A DNA stretch of 64,000 nucleotides, taken from IMG/VR virus record IMGVR_UViG_2822225849_000004; one strand, given 5' to 3'. Position numbers and translations under genes: made by a program. The notes under the pieces are model-generated. The model ran no database searches. It saw only the letters and a program-made list of their open reading frames with translations, and had not been told where the DNA came from. Each line of letters opens with the position of its first letter. Within the stretch, counting starts at the first letter, position 1. The stretch is from a virus. Below are positions 38,528 to 48,368 of the stretch, one piece after another.

Positions 38528-39574
38528 ATGAAAAAATTATTGAAACAATGTAGCGCGTTATTTATCATGTGTATTATTTTATTTTCTTTTTCTGCAAGTG
38601 CTTTTGCAGATAGAGAAATGATTATTCCAGATTTACCTAAGCAAGGATACAGATATGGTGTGGGTGCATATGAGGGAGTAGTAGCACATTCCACAGCGAC
38701 ACCAGAAGCACCTGCTATCAATATTAGAAATTATGAAGCTAGAACATGGAGAAATGCATTCGTTCATTATGCAACGGATTGGGATGAAACAATTCAAATC
38801 GCTTCTACTAAATATCGTGCATGGGGTGCAGGTCCAGCGGCAAATGCTAGATTTGTACATGTAGAACTTTCTGAGACTAGTGACCCAATTAAATTCAAAA
38901 AATCGTATGAAAGATATGTAAAGTTACTTTCGAAAATTTTAAAAGATAGAAATATCCATCCGAGTGTTGGATTATGGACTCATAAAGATATCACATACAA
39001 ATTAGGCGGTACAGATCATGAGGATCCACAGGGGTATCTTGCTTCACATGGTGTATCAGAAGCTCAATTCCGTTCTGATGTTTTAAAGGCGTATAATGGT
39101 CATTCTGTCACTATGGAAGTAAAACCACAACAACCATCTAAAAGTGTAACGGATGTAACAGGAGTAGCTTATATCGATGGTTTAAATGTAAACCTTCGAT
39201 CTGGACCATCCACAAGCAATGATGTAATTCGTAAGCTACAAAAGGGTGAATCATATAAAGTCTGGGGTAAAGTAGGAAACTGGTTGAATCTTGGAGGGAA
39301 TCAGTGGGTTTATAACGATTCATCATACATTCGCTATAAAGAAGAATCTTCATCTGTGGAAGGTAAACGTGTAGTTTCTAAAGTGAATGACTTACGGTTC
39401 TATTCAAAAGCTTCCTGGGCTGATAGCGATGTTGTAGGAACTGTCGATGAAGGTTTAGGGTTCACTATCGTTGATAAAGTATCTGTAAATGGTTCACCAC
39501 AATATAAAGTGAAGAATAGTAGAGGTAATGTGTTCTATATTACAGCTAGTTCTTATTATGTATATGTGAAGTAG
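38528..39574 (+). CDS. Endolysin: N-acetylmuramoyl-L-alanine amidase (Amidase_2) with SH3-like cell-wall-binding domains and an N-terminal signal peptide
   Basis: VVAHSTA, FVHY, VHVELSE, THKDI...DHEDP catalytic motifs; NVNLRSGPST SH3b; MKK-hydrophobic-AFA leader. Confidence 0.92.
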   Translation: MKKLLKQCSALFIMCIILFSFSASAFADREMIIPDLPKQGYRYGVGAYEGVVAHSTATPEAPAINIRNYEARTWRNAFVHYATDWDETIQIASTKYRAWGAGPAANARFVHVELSETSDPIKFKKSYERYVKLLSKILKDRNIHPSVGLWTHKDITYKLGGTDHEDPQGYLASHGVSEAQFRSDVLKAYNGHSVTMEVKPQQPSKSVTDVTGVAYIDGLNVNLRSGPSTSNDVIRKLQKGESYKVWGKVGNWLNLGGNQWVYNDSSYIRYKEESSSVEGKRVVSKVNDLRFYSKASWADSDVVGTVDEGLGFTIVDKVSVNGSPQYKVKNSRGNVFYITASSYYVYVK

Positions 39575-39584
39575 TGAGTAATGG

Positions 39585-39623
39585 AAAAGAAGGATTTAAT
39601 AGGAGTATTGAATCCTTCTTTTT
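39585..39623. terminator. Bidirectional intrinsic terminator between convergent endolysin and DUF2691 genes
   Basis: aaaagaaggatt / aatccttctttt inverted repeat. Confidence 0.75.
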
Positions 39624-39632
39624 AAGATCTAG

Positions 39633-40100
39633 TTAAAAAGTTCCTGCAGTACGTTCTGTTAAATACTTAGTATCTAAATAACCTAGGTCTTGAACATGTT
39701 GATGTAACTTCTGAAGTAAGTGCTTATCTTTGCATAAAATACTAATATCAAAACCATCAACTATACTCAATAAAAATTCACAATCACTAGTATTAAAATC
39801 TGATGCTGTTCTTATCCATGTTGGGCTGTTTTTTTTCATATCAGGAAAAGCACACATTGTTAAGAAGACTAAAAAGTATTTTTTGTTTATTAAAGTTTGT
39901 TTTAACTTATTTTCAGTTATGAAACGTTCGTCGCCGAGTAATTGTTCAAATGTAAAGTTATCATGAGAGTCTTTTAGGTATATTTCGGCAGTATCTATTT
40001 GCCAAATGAAATTGTTAGAATTAAAAAGTTCTAGTAATTTTAATATGGACAAATTAAAGTTTTCATCTTCTGGAGCGTGAAAATGTATTCCTATATTCAT
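39633..40100 (-). CDS. DUF2691-like protein
   Basis: FLTMCAFP...DFNTSDCEFLLSIVDG.DISILCKD pattern; RBS aggggag. Confidence 0.65.
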   Translation of the reverse strand: MNIGIHFHAPEDENFNLSILKLLELFNSNNFIWQIDTAEIYLKDSHDNFTFEQLLGDERFITENKLKQTLINKKYFLVFLTMCAFPDMKKNSPTWIRTASDFNTSDCEFLLSIVDGFDISILCKDKHLLQKLHQHVQDLGYLDTKYLTERTAGTF

Positions 40101-40335
40101 TGTATGCTAGTCTCCCTTTATTTATATTATTTAAGGAAATTGCCAGCTCTTAATTGAGGCGGCTTTTTTTGTTTTAACCAATATTTTCTTGAAAACCCCT
40201 TCTAAAAGAACGTTATTATCATATAAGAGTCAGGTGTTTTAAGTCTTTTAAGACTGATTCCCCGGTTGCTGTGAAATAGAAAAATAATAGACTATATTCT
40301 GAGGGAATCTAGAATAGAGTCTGTTATTATAGGTT

Positions 40336-42171
40336 TTAAAACATTAATTCAGGGATTTTTAACTGATTTTTAAGTAAGTTCCAAGTCTCATCTAGAATGG
40401 GTTTTGGTGGTATGTAAATAATTGTTCCATCTCGCCCTCTTGTTAAAATAACTCTATATGCATTTAGTTTAATTTGGAACGGATCTTCGACACCCCATTG
40501 ATAGTGCTGCCCCTTCCAAGCCCCATTCTGTAGATAAAGATCATCATCCCAATGAACGAGCGTCATATCTAGTTCAAGTCCTTGTGTTTGAAATTCAGTT
40601 GAGCTGTAGTTGAGGGTTTTACAATAGTATTGAGACCCGGGATAGTTAAAGTATTGAGCAATCTTACTAGGGCGTTCATATCGTTCATCTCGTGGTAAAA
40701 CAGGGACTTCTTTTTGACGATCAGCGCCACCAGCACAGACGACACCAACTGTTTTTGTATCATCCTTATAAAGCTGATTTAAAGTGATTTTTGCTTTGTC
40801 TAAATCACGCGTAATAAAAAGCTGATAATGTTCCTTTGGTAGGTTATGAATAAGCTGTTTCGTTTGTTCAAAACTAACATCTAATAAAGTATTAATAATT
40901 TCATAGTATTTTAAAGCTGCATGAGCACGGAAAGATGAGTTTAAATGTAGCTGAGAATGAGTTCTATAATGTGCTGCATTTGTAAATACAGAATTAGGGT
41001 GTTTCGAGTGAACAGTAACATTTTTTCCAGCGATCGCTGTATTCCACAGAGGGAGACCGCCTTCTTCCCCAGAATAGATCTCTTGACCTTCACCAATTAA
41101 TCCAATTGTTACACTCCACGGCTTATTATTTGTCGTAATATTCATTATAATATCCGGTTCACTTAAGTGTTGGGCTTTTCGCTTTCTTCGAGTGAGTGAT
41201 TGGTCGACTTTTTTTGTATCCCATGCTCGTTGTGCTTCATCAAAAATGATAATTTGTTCTTTTGGAATCATTTTCTTTTCGAGAAAATCCATTTTATATA
41301 CATATAGACCTTGTACGAACGTTCTATTTTTCAAAGTATCTTGTAATACGTCTACTAATGGCCCGTTACCAGATAAATAAACTGCATTTTTCATTTCATG
41401 TGCAATGGTCAGACCCAAATATGTTTTCCCTGCTCCTGGCTCACCAGATACTAAAATTAAGTGATGGGTATTTGTATTTTGTGCTTCTTGAATAATTGTG
41501 CGTATAGTTTGTTGTACTTTTGGAAAATTACTGCTTGATATTGCTCTAATGTCAGGGAGTGGTTCATTATGTAAAATGGAACGAGCAGCTTCTAGCATAG
41601 AAGGTGAAGGTTCATAGAAACCATTGATTATTTCCTCTAGCGTCAAAGTTTGTACTTCTGTTTTATCTAATATTCGTTTAATAATACTTTCCAATCCATC
41701 AACTGTTGAAAGGGTTACTTGAAAATCTTTTTGGAATTCCCATTGTTCACCTTCATAGTTTGTAAGCAGTAGAACACCTATGACTTGCATGTTAGATTGT
41801 TGAATAGCTGAGTGATAATGCTGGAGATCACGCATATAAAGTGATGTTTGAATGTATTCAGAAGGTGAAACGTGATTATAACTTTTACACTCGATGACTA
41901 TCAAATAACCATTGATTAATAAAAGTATATCTGGACGGCGGCCACCTCCGCGTAAAATCTCATATTCAAAAATAAGTGATGCATCTAAATTAGGAAATCG
42001 ATTAAATAAATCTTGTAGTTTATTGTAACTATCAATCCATGCTCTCTTTTGAGAAGCTATTTTGGGATCAGTTGCATTGGTTTTATAAACATGATATTGC
42101 AATTGTTTAATGAATAATTCTAAATCTAATTCTTTAAATTGTTCAATAGTTCCAGCCCAGCCATAGTTCAA
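40336..42171 (-). CDS. PD-(D/E)xK-like nuclease fused to DUF2075 (Schlafen group-3-like) helicase/ATPase
   Basis: RPDILLLINGYLIVIECKS; Walker A GEPGAGKT; IFDEAQRAW; FQTQGLELD...NAYRVILTRGRDG. Confidence 0.85.
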   Translation of the reverse strand: MNYGWAGTIEQFKELDLELFIKQLQYHVYKTNATDPKIASQKRAWIDSYNKLQDLFNRFPNLDASLIFEYEILRGGGRRPDILLLINGYLIVIECKSYNHVSPSEYIQTSLYMRDLQHYHSAIQQSNMQVIGVLLLTNYEGEQWEFQKDFQVTLSTVDGLESIIKRILDKTEVQTLTLEEIINGFYEPSPSMLEAARSILHNEPLPDIRAISSSNFPKVQQTIRTIIQEAQNTNTHHLILVSGEPGAGKTYLGLTIAHEMKNAVYLSGNGPLVDVLQDTLKNRTFVQGLYVYKMDFLEKKMIPKEQIIIFDEAQRAWDTKKVDQSLTRRKRKAQHLSEPDIIMNITTNNKPWSVTIGLIGEGQEIYSGEEGGLPLWNTAIAGKNVTVHSKHPNSVFTNAAHYRTHSQLHLNSSFRAHAALKYYEIINTLLDVSFEQTKQLIHNLPKEHYQLFITRDLDKAKITLNQLYKDDTKTVGVVCAGGADRQKEVPVLPRDERYERPSKIAQYFNYPGSQYYCKTLNYSSTEFQTQGLELDMTLVHWDDDLYLQNGAWKGQHYQWGVEDPFQIKLNAYRVILTRGRDGTIIYIPPKPILDETWNLLKNQLKIPELMF

Positions 42172-42449
42172 GATAAAGTCCTCCTTGAGGTGTATTAAGA
42201 AATATACATATCCTTATTATAAGGAATAATATAACTAGTTTGGAATAAGGAAAGAGTTAATCCATATTTTTCATAAAGTATTGTGTTTCAATATATGATT
42301 AATGAGGCAAAATTTCAACATAATACATAAGAAATACCTAGAAAAATTGCCCATTAAGTGTTAGATGTACTTTAATACTTAAGGCAATTAATACTGCTTT
42401 TAATAAATTGTAAATAGAGTTATAAATAAATTTGATAGTTTTTTGATAA

Positions 42450-42776
42450 TTAACTTATCCATTTTTTTATTTTATCTAATAAACTATCCTGATAGCGTTC
42501 CCTAAATATCACAGTAGTTTTTACGTCTTCTTTTTTTAGAATTCTTGTGTAGTTATTGTTAGGGTTATTTTTGTCTATTTTCTTTAAACGTGGGTGACTA
42601 TATCCTAAAATTTCAAGTTTATTTAGACTTTTTATTAGATATATTTTTGCATCATCATCTTGTTTAATATAATATGCATCTTTACCTAGTGGATCAGAAA
42701 GGTAAGGGATGTATATTTCAAGTACAAGTATCGTACTTACTAAAAGCGAAACTATAATAAAACCTAAAATTTCATT
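42450..42776 (-). CDS. Small membrane-anchored hypothetical protein (not in supplied track)
   Basis: Open 108-aa frame read manually: MKILGFIIVSLLVSTILVLEIYIPY...KKWIS*. Confidence 0.4.
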   Translation of the reverse strand, partial: NEILGFIIVSLLVSTILVLEIYIPYLSDPLGKDAYYIKQDDDAKIYLIKSLNKLEILGYSHPRLKKIDKNNPNNNYTRILKKEDVKTTVIFRERYQDSLLDKIKKWIS

Positions 42777-42849
42777 AATATTAGATATACTTAACGATCT
42801 ATCCGAAAATATATAGAAATATAATATGGTGACTGGTGTTATGAATATT

Positions 42850-44420
42850 GCGAAAATAATAATGTGAAGTATTTGGATAAGTAAAATTTTCTCTTATTGC
42901 AGCCTTTGAAGAATACAAAGAAGGAGCGAATGAGAAACGATTAATAGAAGCGAGAACTGAAACGAGAAATAACTTTAGAACATGGGCGAAGGAAATCCAA
43001 AATAATACCTTAAATAAAAAAGAGGAATTGTTAAAGAAAATACACGATAAAGAGTTGGAGAATATAAATAATCGTATTAATTCATTAAGAAACGAAGAGA
43101 TGCTCCAAAGTAAACAATCAAAGTCATTATTAGAGTTACAGAGTAGAATTGACAGTATAACAAAACGAATAAATGAAAATTTATAAGAGATTTGGATTTG
43201 GGCTAATATCCCTCTCGTCTCTTTATATTCCATTTATTAGGACTTGCTGTGACATCAACAAGCAAAAAAACTTGTATAAATGGTTTCCAAAACAACGAAT
43301 GAAAATTGGAATACCTGTCCAGATTTTCTTGTTGTTTTAATTTATTTTGGGATCAAAAAATTGGGAAACATCATTGAAGGGGGTGAATGATGGAGATTTT
43401 AAAATACTTGGATAGTTTTTTAAGTCAACTTGATTCTTATATAGCTCAAACAAATGGTAAAATAAACTTGCCAAGAAATATTCCAAATTCAAAGCGAAAT
43501 AACAGAAAGAATATCAAGATATTCTAAGAGTAAAGCGAATTTTACGGGGTTTTCCGAAATGCTAATATACCAATCTATATCGTATTATTATTTAATTGAA
43601 ATAAAAAATGGGGAAATCAAAATAGAAGCAGGTAAAAAGTATTTGGGAAAGAGAAGTTTATTTAAGAAGGTAAAACGGATTTATGTAGAAACAGAAGAAC
43701 CGAAGCCCCAACATCCTGATATAACCATTGAAAAGATAAAAAGATATTTCTTTTATTATCTATAAAAAAACAAATAGGTTATAAAGATTCAAAGCCAGAA
43801 GACATATACAGCAGCACTGTAAAGGAATTGTTGTTAAGAGATATAAAATGGAAAGAAAAGGTTGATAATCTTAATATTGGGGATAAGATACCATTGCCAA
43901 TACAAGATATTAACCACATAGAAAACTTGTATGAGAAATGCGGTTATTTTAAAGCAGTTACTATTTATTATAATAAACCTACAAAAGATAATATTGAATG
44001 GCTTAACCGTATATAAGGAAAAGTATCTTTGGTGTGATTATATCTCCTTACAGGATAACGGAGAGAAATCATTTATAGATTTGTTAGATAAAAAAGTGAA
44101 TTTAAAAAAGATATGTTCTATTTGATGAGGCCTCTGTTATATTGGGCGCATGAATGGGATCTATTTAGATGAAAAATTCAAGATAATAAACTATGGAAAG
44201 TTAGAAGAGTTGTTTTCAAATATCAATAAACAAGGTTTAGGACCCTTTATACAGAACACACTACAGATAAAGGGGACGAGAATGCTACAGTTATTCATGT
44301 GTATGTTGATGTTTTAAAAGAGAAAAGACGAAAAATAGCTGGGGCTGCGCATAAGAACTAAATTTTTATAGATACCTTAATATAGTGATTGTGGGATTAT
44401 CATAACTGATTTATATAAAC
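42850..44420 (+). pseudogene. Degraded gene fragments
   Basis: Several short + strand frames with protein-like composition (e.g. coiled-coil FEEYKEGANEKRLIEAR...; 43559-44125 pieces) separated by stops and frameshifts. Confidence 0.45.
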
Positions 44421-45466
44421 AGAATTCTATTAAAAAAGCGGTGGTTATTGTAATTTCTGTGACCATTTGTGACCACAAAATTATGCTCTTAACTGTCTGT
44501 ATAATGGTGAGAGATAGTTATTTTGCTATCAGGAACTATACTGATTTTCGATGGAACTATTGTTTTAGTAGGTATTGTTACAGTAGAACTTGAGGAAGGA
44601 AAAAGAATAGCTCTTCTATGATTAGTTGTAAGGGATTCGATATTAGCACATCGAGTTCTTTTTGTTATATGTATTATTAAATTAATATAATGTTTTATCA
44701 CTGATACAGTAAAATTTATTTCTGCATATTAAGTCTCATATAATTATGAAAAGCGGGAGGCTCTTATCTCAAAACATTTAATGAAATATTGCTTTTATTA
44801 TTTACTGGGATTATGGAAGCAGTTCACAGTATTTTTTATTATCTGGTTTAGTAGTCATATGTTTGTATATAGATAGGGGGAAACTAGCTGTGAGAGGTTA
44901 TTTTTTATAGTAGAATATAGACAACCTTATTCAATAACATGCATGGATATAGGTGAAATTCAACTGAATGAAAGAATATGAAGAAATAAACATTACAATA
45001 ACTAGAATCCCATTTATAGGAATCAGCGGACATAATGAGAGAGAATTTTAATTCTTTTGAGTATAAAAACTAATAAAACCCGTCTTTTATGTTGTTGAAT
45101 ACAACAACATAACTAGGTTAGTGTGGGTTGATATTCAGCAAAAAATATTATGTGCGTTAGGGAGGTAGTATATACGGGTACGCATGACAATGATTTCAAG
45201 AGAGTAGTACCTAAACTCATTGTCATGCTCTTTTAGTATTGATGTGGTATGATTTTCCTGTATAAAATTACAATGGAAAGGCTATTAGTAAATTGGCAAA
45301 AATGAAAGCTAATAATTGGTGCAATGCAAGAGATATGTATCAAGAGTAGACTTGTTCAAGAAAGATATCCAATTCACTGAGTGGCAAGATATTTTATTTT
45401 TATACACTGTCTTGAGCAAGGAGGTTAACATAAACAAAAAGCATATTAATATTTGGGGGCTAAAAC

Positions 45467-46660
45467 ATGACTAATCGTGATGAATTTTCTGCATCTGTTA
45501 AAAAGAAACTTGCAAGTCGGGCAGGGTATGTATGTTCCTTTCCTGCTTGTGATGAGTTAACAATTGGTCCAGCTAGTAATGAACAAGGAACAGTAATGAC
45601 AGGAGAAGCAGCGCATATTACAGCTGCGTCACCCAATGGACCAAGATATGATCCAATGATGTCACCTATAGAAAGAAAATCAGTATCAAATGGAATATGG
45701 ATGTGTAAAAAACACGCGAGAGTAATAGATGTAGACAAAACTCAATATACGGTTCCAGAACTCAAAAAGTGGAAGGAAAGTCACGAAACGAAAATTAAGT
45801 ACCAGCAGCAGGGGATTAAAATTAATAAAGGATTCCTAACAAAAATAAAAATTTCTAATATAGCAAGAATACATGGAGAGGAAAATGTTGATTTAGGAAA
45901 AAACACTTTACTATTTGGTAATATGAGTACAGGAAAAAGTATAATATGTGAACTTATAGCAGGATTAGAAAAAAACCAATTATTGTGGCGTTGGAAACAA
46001 AAACGGAATGTTGGGAATACATATGCAGAAATTGAAATTTTCGATGGGGAAATAACTTCCTTCATGGTATATGTTTATGAAAAACAAATAAGATATTATG
46101 TTAATAGCAATGAGTACCCATTAATTAATCCCACGTATAGTGTAGTGTATTTAAATGAAACATTTAGATACAACTCGGAGGCTTCCAAACCATTTATTGA
46201 GCAATACGCAGATTATTTTAATTTAACCGTGAATGACATGTTAAATGTAATTAATTTAAAGGGGGATATTGGCATAAAATTAGTAAGTGATTATTATTTT
46301 AAAGATAATGATTTATTAGTTCGTGAGTATCCATCACAAACAAATGCACTTGATTATAAGGCCCTTTCAAGTAGTGAAAAACAACGAATAAATATTGAGA
46401 TAGGTAGTAAAGTAGCACATGTACTTTCTAACTCTAAACCAACAATTTTGATTATAGAGCATGATAGTTTTTCTAGCTTTGATAAATCTAATAGAGAAAC
46501 ACTATTTACAACAATAAATAATAGTAAGCTGCCTTATCAAACCTTGTTAACTGTATATAGTTATGATGATACTATTGAAATGAATAACTTCAATATTTAT
46601 GAGCATAAGGAAATAAACGGAACTGTCAAAATAATGAAAAATAATTCAAATGATATTTAA
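45467..46660 (+). CDS. HNH endonuclease fused to an ABC/SMC-like ATPase domain; candidate defence protein
   Basis: N-terminal CSFPAC...GEAAHI...NGIWMCKKHARVID; then GNMSTGKS (Walker A), ALSSSEKQRI (signature-like), ILIIEHD (degenerate Walker B). Confidence 0.75.
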   Translation: MTNRDEFSASVKKKLASRAGYVCSFPACDELTIGPASNEQGTVMTGEAAHITAASPNGPRYDPMMSPIERKSVSNGIWMCKKHARVIDVDKTQYTVPELKKWKESHETKIKYQQQGIKINKGFLTKIKISNIARIHGEENVDLGKNTLLFGNMSTGKSIICELIAGLEKNQLLWRWKQKRNVGNTYAEIEIFDGEITSFMVYVYEKQIRYYVNSNEYPLINPTYSVVYLNETFRYNSEASKPFIEQYADYFNLTVNDMLNVINLKGDIGIKLVSDYYFKDNDLLVREYPSQTNALDYKALSSSEKQRINIEIGSKVAHVLSNSKPTILIIEHDSFSSFDKSNRETLFTTINNSKLPYQTLLTVYSYDDTIEMNNFNIYEHKEINGTVKIMKNNSNDI

Positions 46661-46824
46661 CATTAAAAGCTTTTTTTGTTGTTAGTAGATAATTTTTTTA
46701 GTAGCCATACATATCGATATATGAAGTCAATCTAATAATAAAGGGCGATTTCTTTCTTACGGTTCCCATTTTTTCAGCTCATATTGAAGGGATTATTGCT
46801 CAAGGTTTTGCACATCATGGGAAA

Positions 46825-47091
46825 ATGGGTGGGAATAAACTTCAAAAATATTTAGAAACATTATTAGTTAATGATGGGGTTTTTTCATTTGACAAACAGA
46901 TTCAAACATTTTATTTAAATACTATTTTAATTGGGTTTGAACACGGAGAATCACTAAAGTCTAAATTAAGTAGAAATGCCATTCTACATGGAGCGGATTT
47001 GGAATATGGTACCGAAGAAAACTCGTTAAAAAGTATTTTGATTTTTGATTACATTCTTGATAGATTAACTGAAAATAGCATAACCGAGTAG
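46825..47091 (+). pseudogene. C-terminal fragment of a HEPN-like protein
   Basis: SRNAILHG..YGTEENSLK contains an RxxxxH motif; only 88 aa and lacks a plausible N-terminus. Confidence 0.4.
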
Positions 47092-48368
47092 GTTGGAGTT
47101 CATAATGAGCATACATATTAGGTTGCAGCTAGTTGCATTATATCTAAATTGATAATGATATTAATGATTTTATAAATATAGACAGAGGGCAATTTATAAT
47201 CCCTCTGTCTTAGTTATTTAAATCGAGAGAGTAAACGTAAAGCTACTACTAGAAAACCATGATGACAGCAACATCGAATGTTTCAAAAGGGGTGTAAAGA
47301 TTAGTGAACGCTTTAAGCATTTATGAAAATGGTGTGGATCTTAACGAACTTTACTACGATCAGGTAGGTGACATCGCACTTGATAACAGGGGCTTAGTTT
47401 TACAAGGAAAGATAGACGAAAGTGCAATCGATTTACAATCATTAGCAACCATGAACGTAATCGACTTCCTACTCGCTATCTCACCAATTAAAAAGAATTG
47501 CTACTTAGAAAACGTAAGCGTATGTTCGCTATACTAATCGACTACTTCGGCTTAGAAACATTATTTGATCGTATTTGGTATTGGGTAGTGTTTGGCGCAG
47601 GTGAGGCTTTATTTTTAATCGACATGGCGATTGCGTTTATTTTATAAATCTGAGAAGGTGAGTCATTAGGATCTTGTATTTTAGGCATATACATGTGCCA
47701 CGATCGAAGTCGTGCGTTAAGGTAGCATGGAGATATGAAACGGCAACCTCGTAGTTGTGTGTGTTCAGCATCGGCCTATAATTAAAAAGAAGTTAAAATA
47801 TATCCGCTTATATCATAAGAACTATCATATACCTACACATCGTTCGTAAATAGCCTACAAGATGATTTTACGGGACAGGAAGAGGTCAAAGAACAAAGAA
47901 AGACGCGTAAGTAAAGCAAATTCATTAAACCAGAGAACATGAGTGAGTAATACATTGAGGCGTAATTAAACTTAGAGCAAGCCTACATATGTTTTATGTG
48001 AGCTTTATTTTAATCTACAGGCAAGTCTTTCGGCAATAAGCCTTCCTCGCTCAACTCTTTTATAGATTTTTTATCAAAATATTTTTTAAATAATCTTGTA
48101 TCAATTTTACCACTTGTAGTTGTAAGCAAATTTTTCAACTGTAAACCAGACAAAGGCTTTTCAGCTTGTAAAAAACTATCGTAAGCAGAGTCTACTTGTT
48201 TTTTTATAGTTGCTGATTTAATAATAAGCATCTTTACTTCTGCTTAATCTATTTTCATTTATATAACAATGAAATACGTGTACAATATATATAATAAAGG
48301 GAACTATAAATGATTAATAATGAAAAAGAGTTTCGAGTCGATTGATGAACTATACGGAGGGAATTTGA

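Larger units (their letters stand above)
186..39623 (+). mobile_element. Prophage (right-hand portion): replication, late regulators, head, non-contractile tail, tail-tip, lysis; left end outside window, right att not identified
   Basis: Continuous co-oriented run of genes in canonical phage order, from replication initiator to endolysin. Confidence 0.95.

Noticed and set aside
1744-39353. Many short minus-strand ORFs nested in prophage genes (e.g. 14333-14887, 15377-15904, 35530-35760, 37958-38188)
   Set aside because: They are antisense shadows of well-supported + strand genes, with no RBS or recognisable motifs.
42799-43233. Minus-strand 144-aa ORF
   Set aside because: It is a shadow of a degraded + strand coiled-coil frame; Phe/Leu/Ser-rich antisense composition.
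44459-44477. gtgaccatttgtgaccac as the right att of the large prophage
   Set aside because: It is a short direct repeat typical of element ends, but the partner att and integrase lie outside the window, so it cannot be verified.
47304-48231. Small ORFs at 47304 and 48010 as a defined system
   Set aside because: No recognisable motifs and the surrounding frames are broken; treated as debris.
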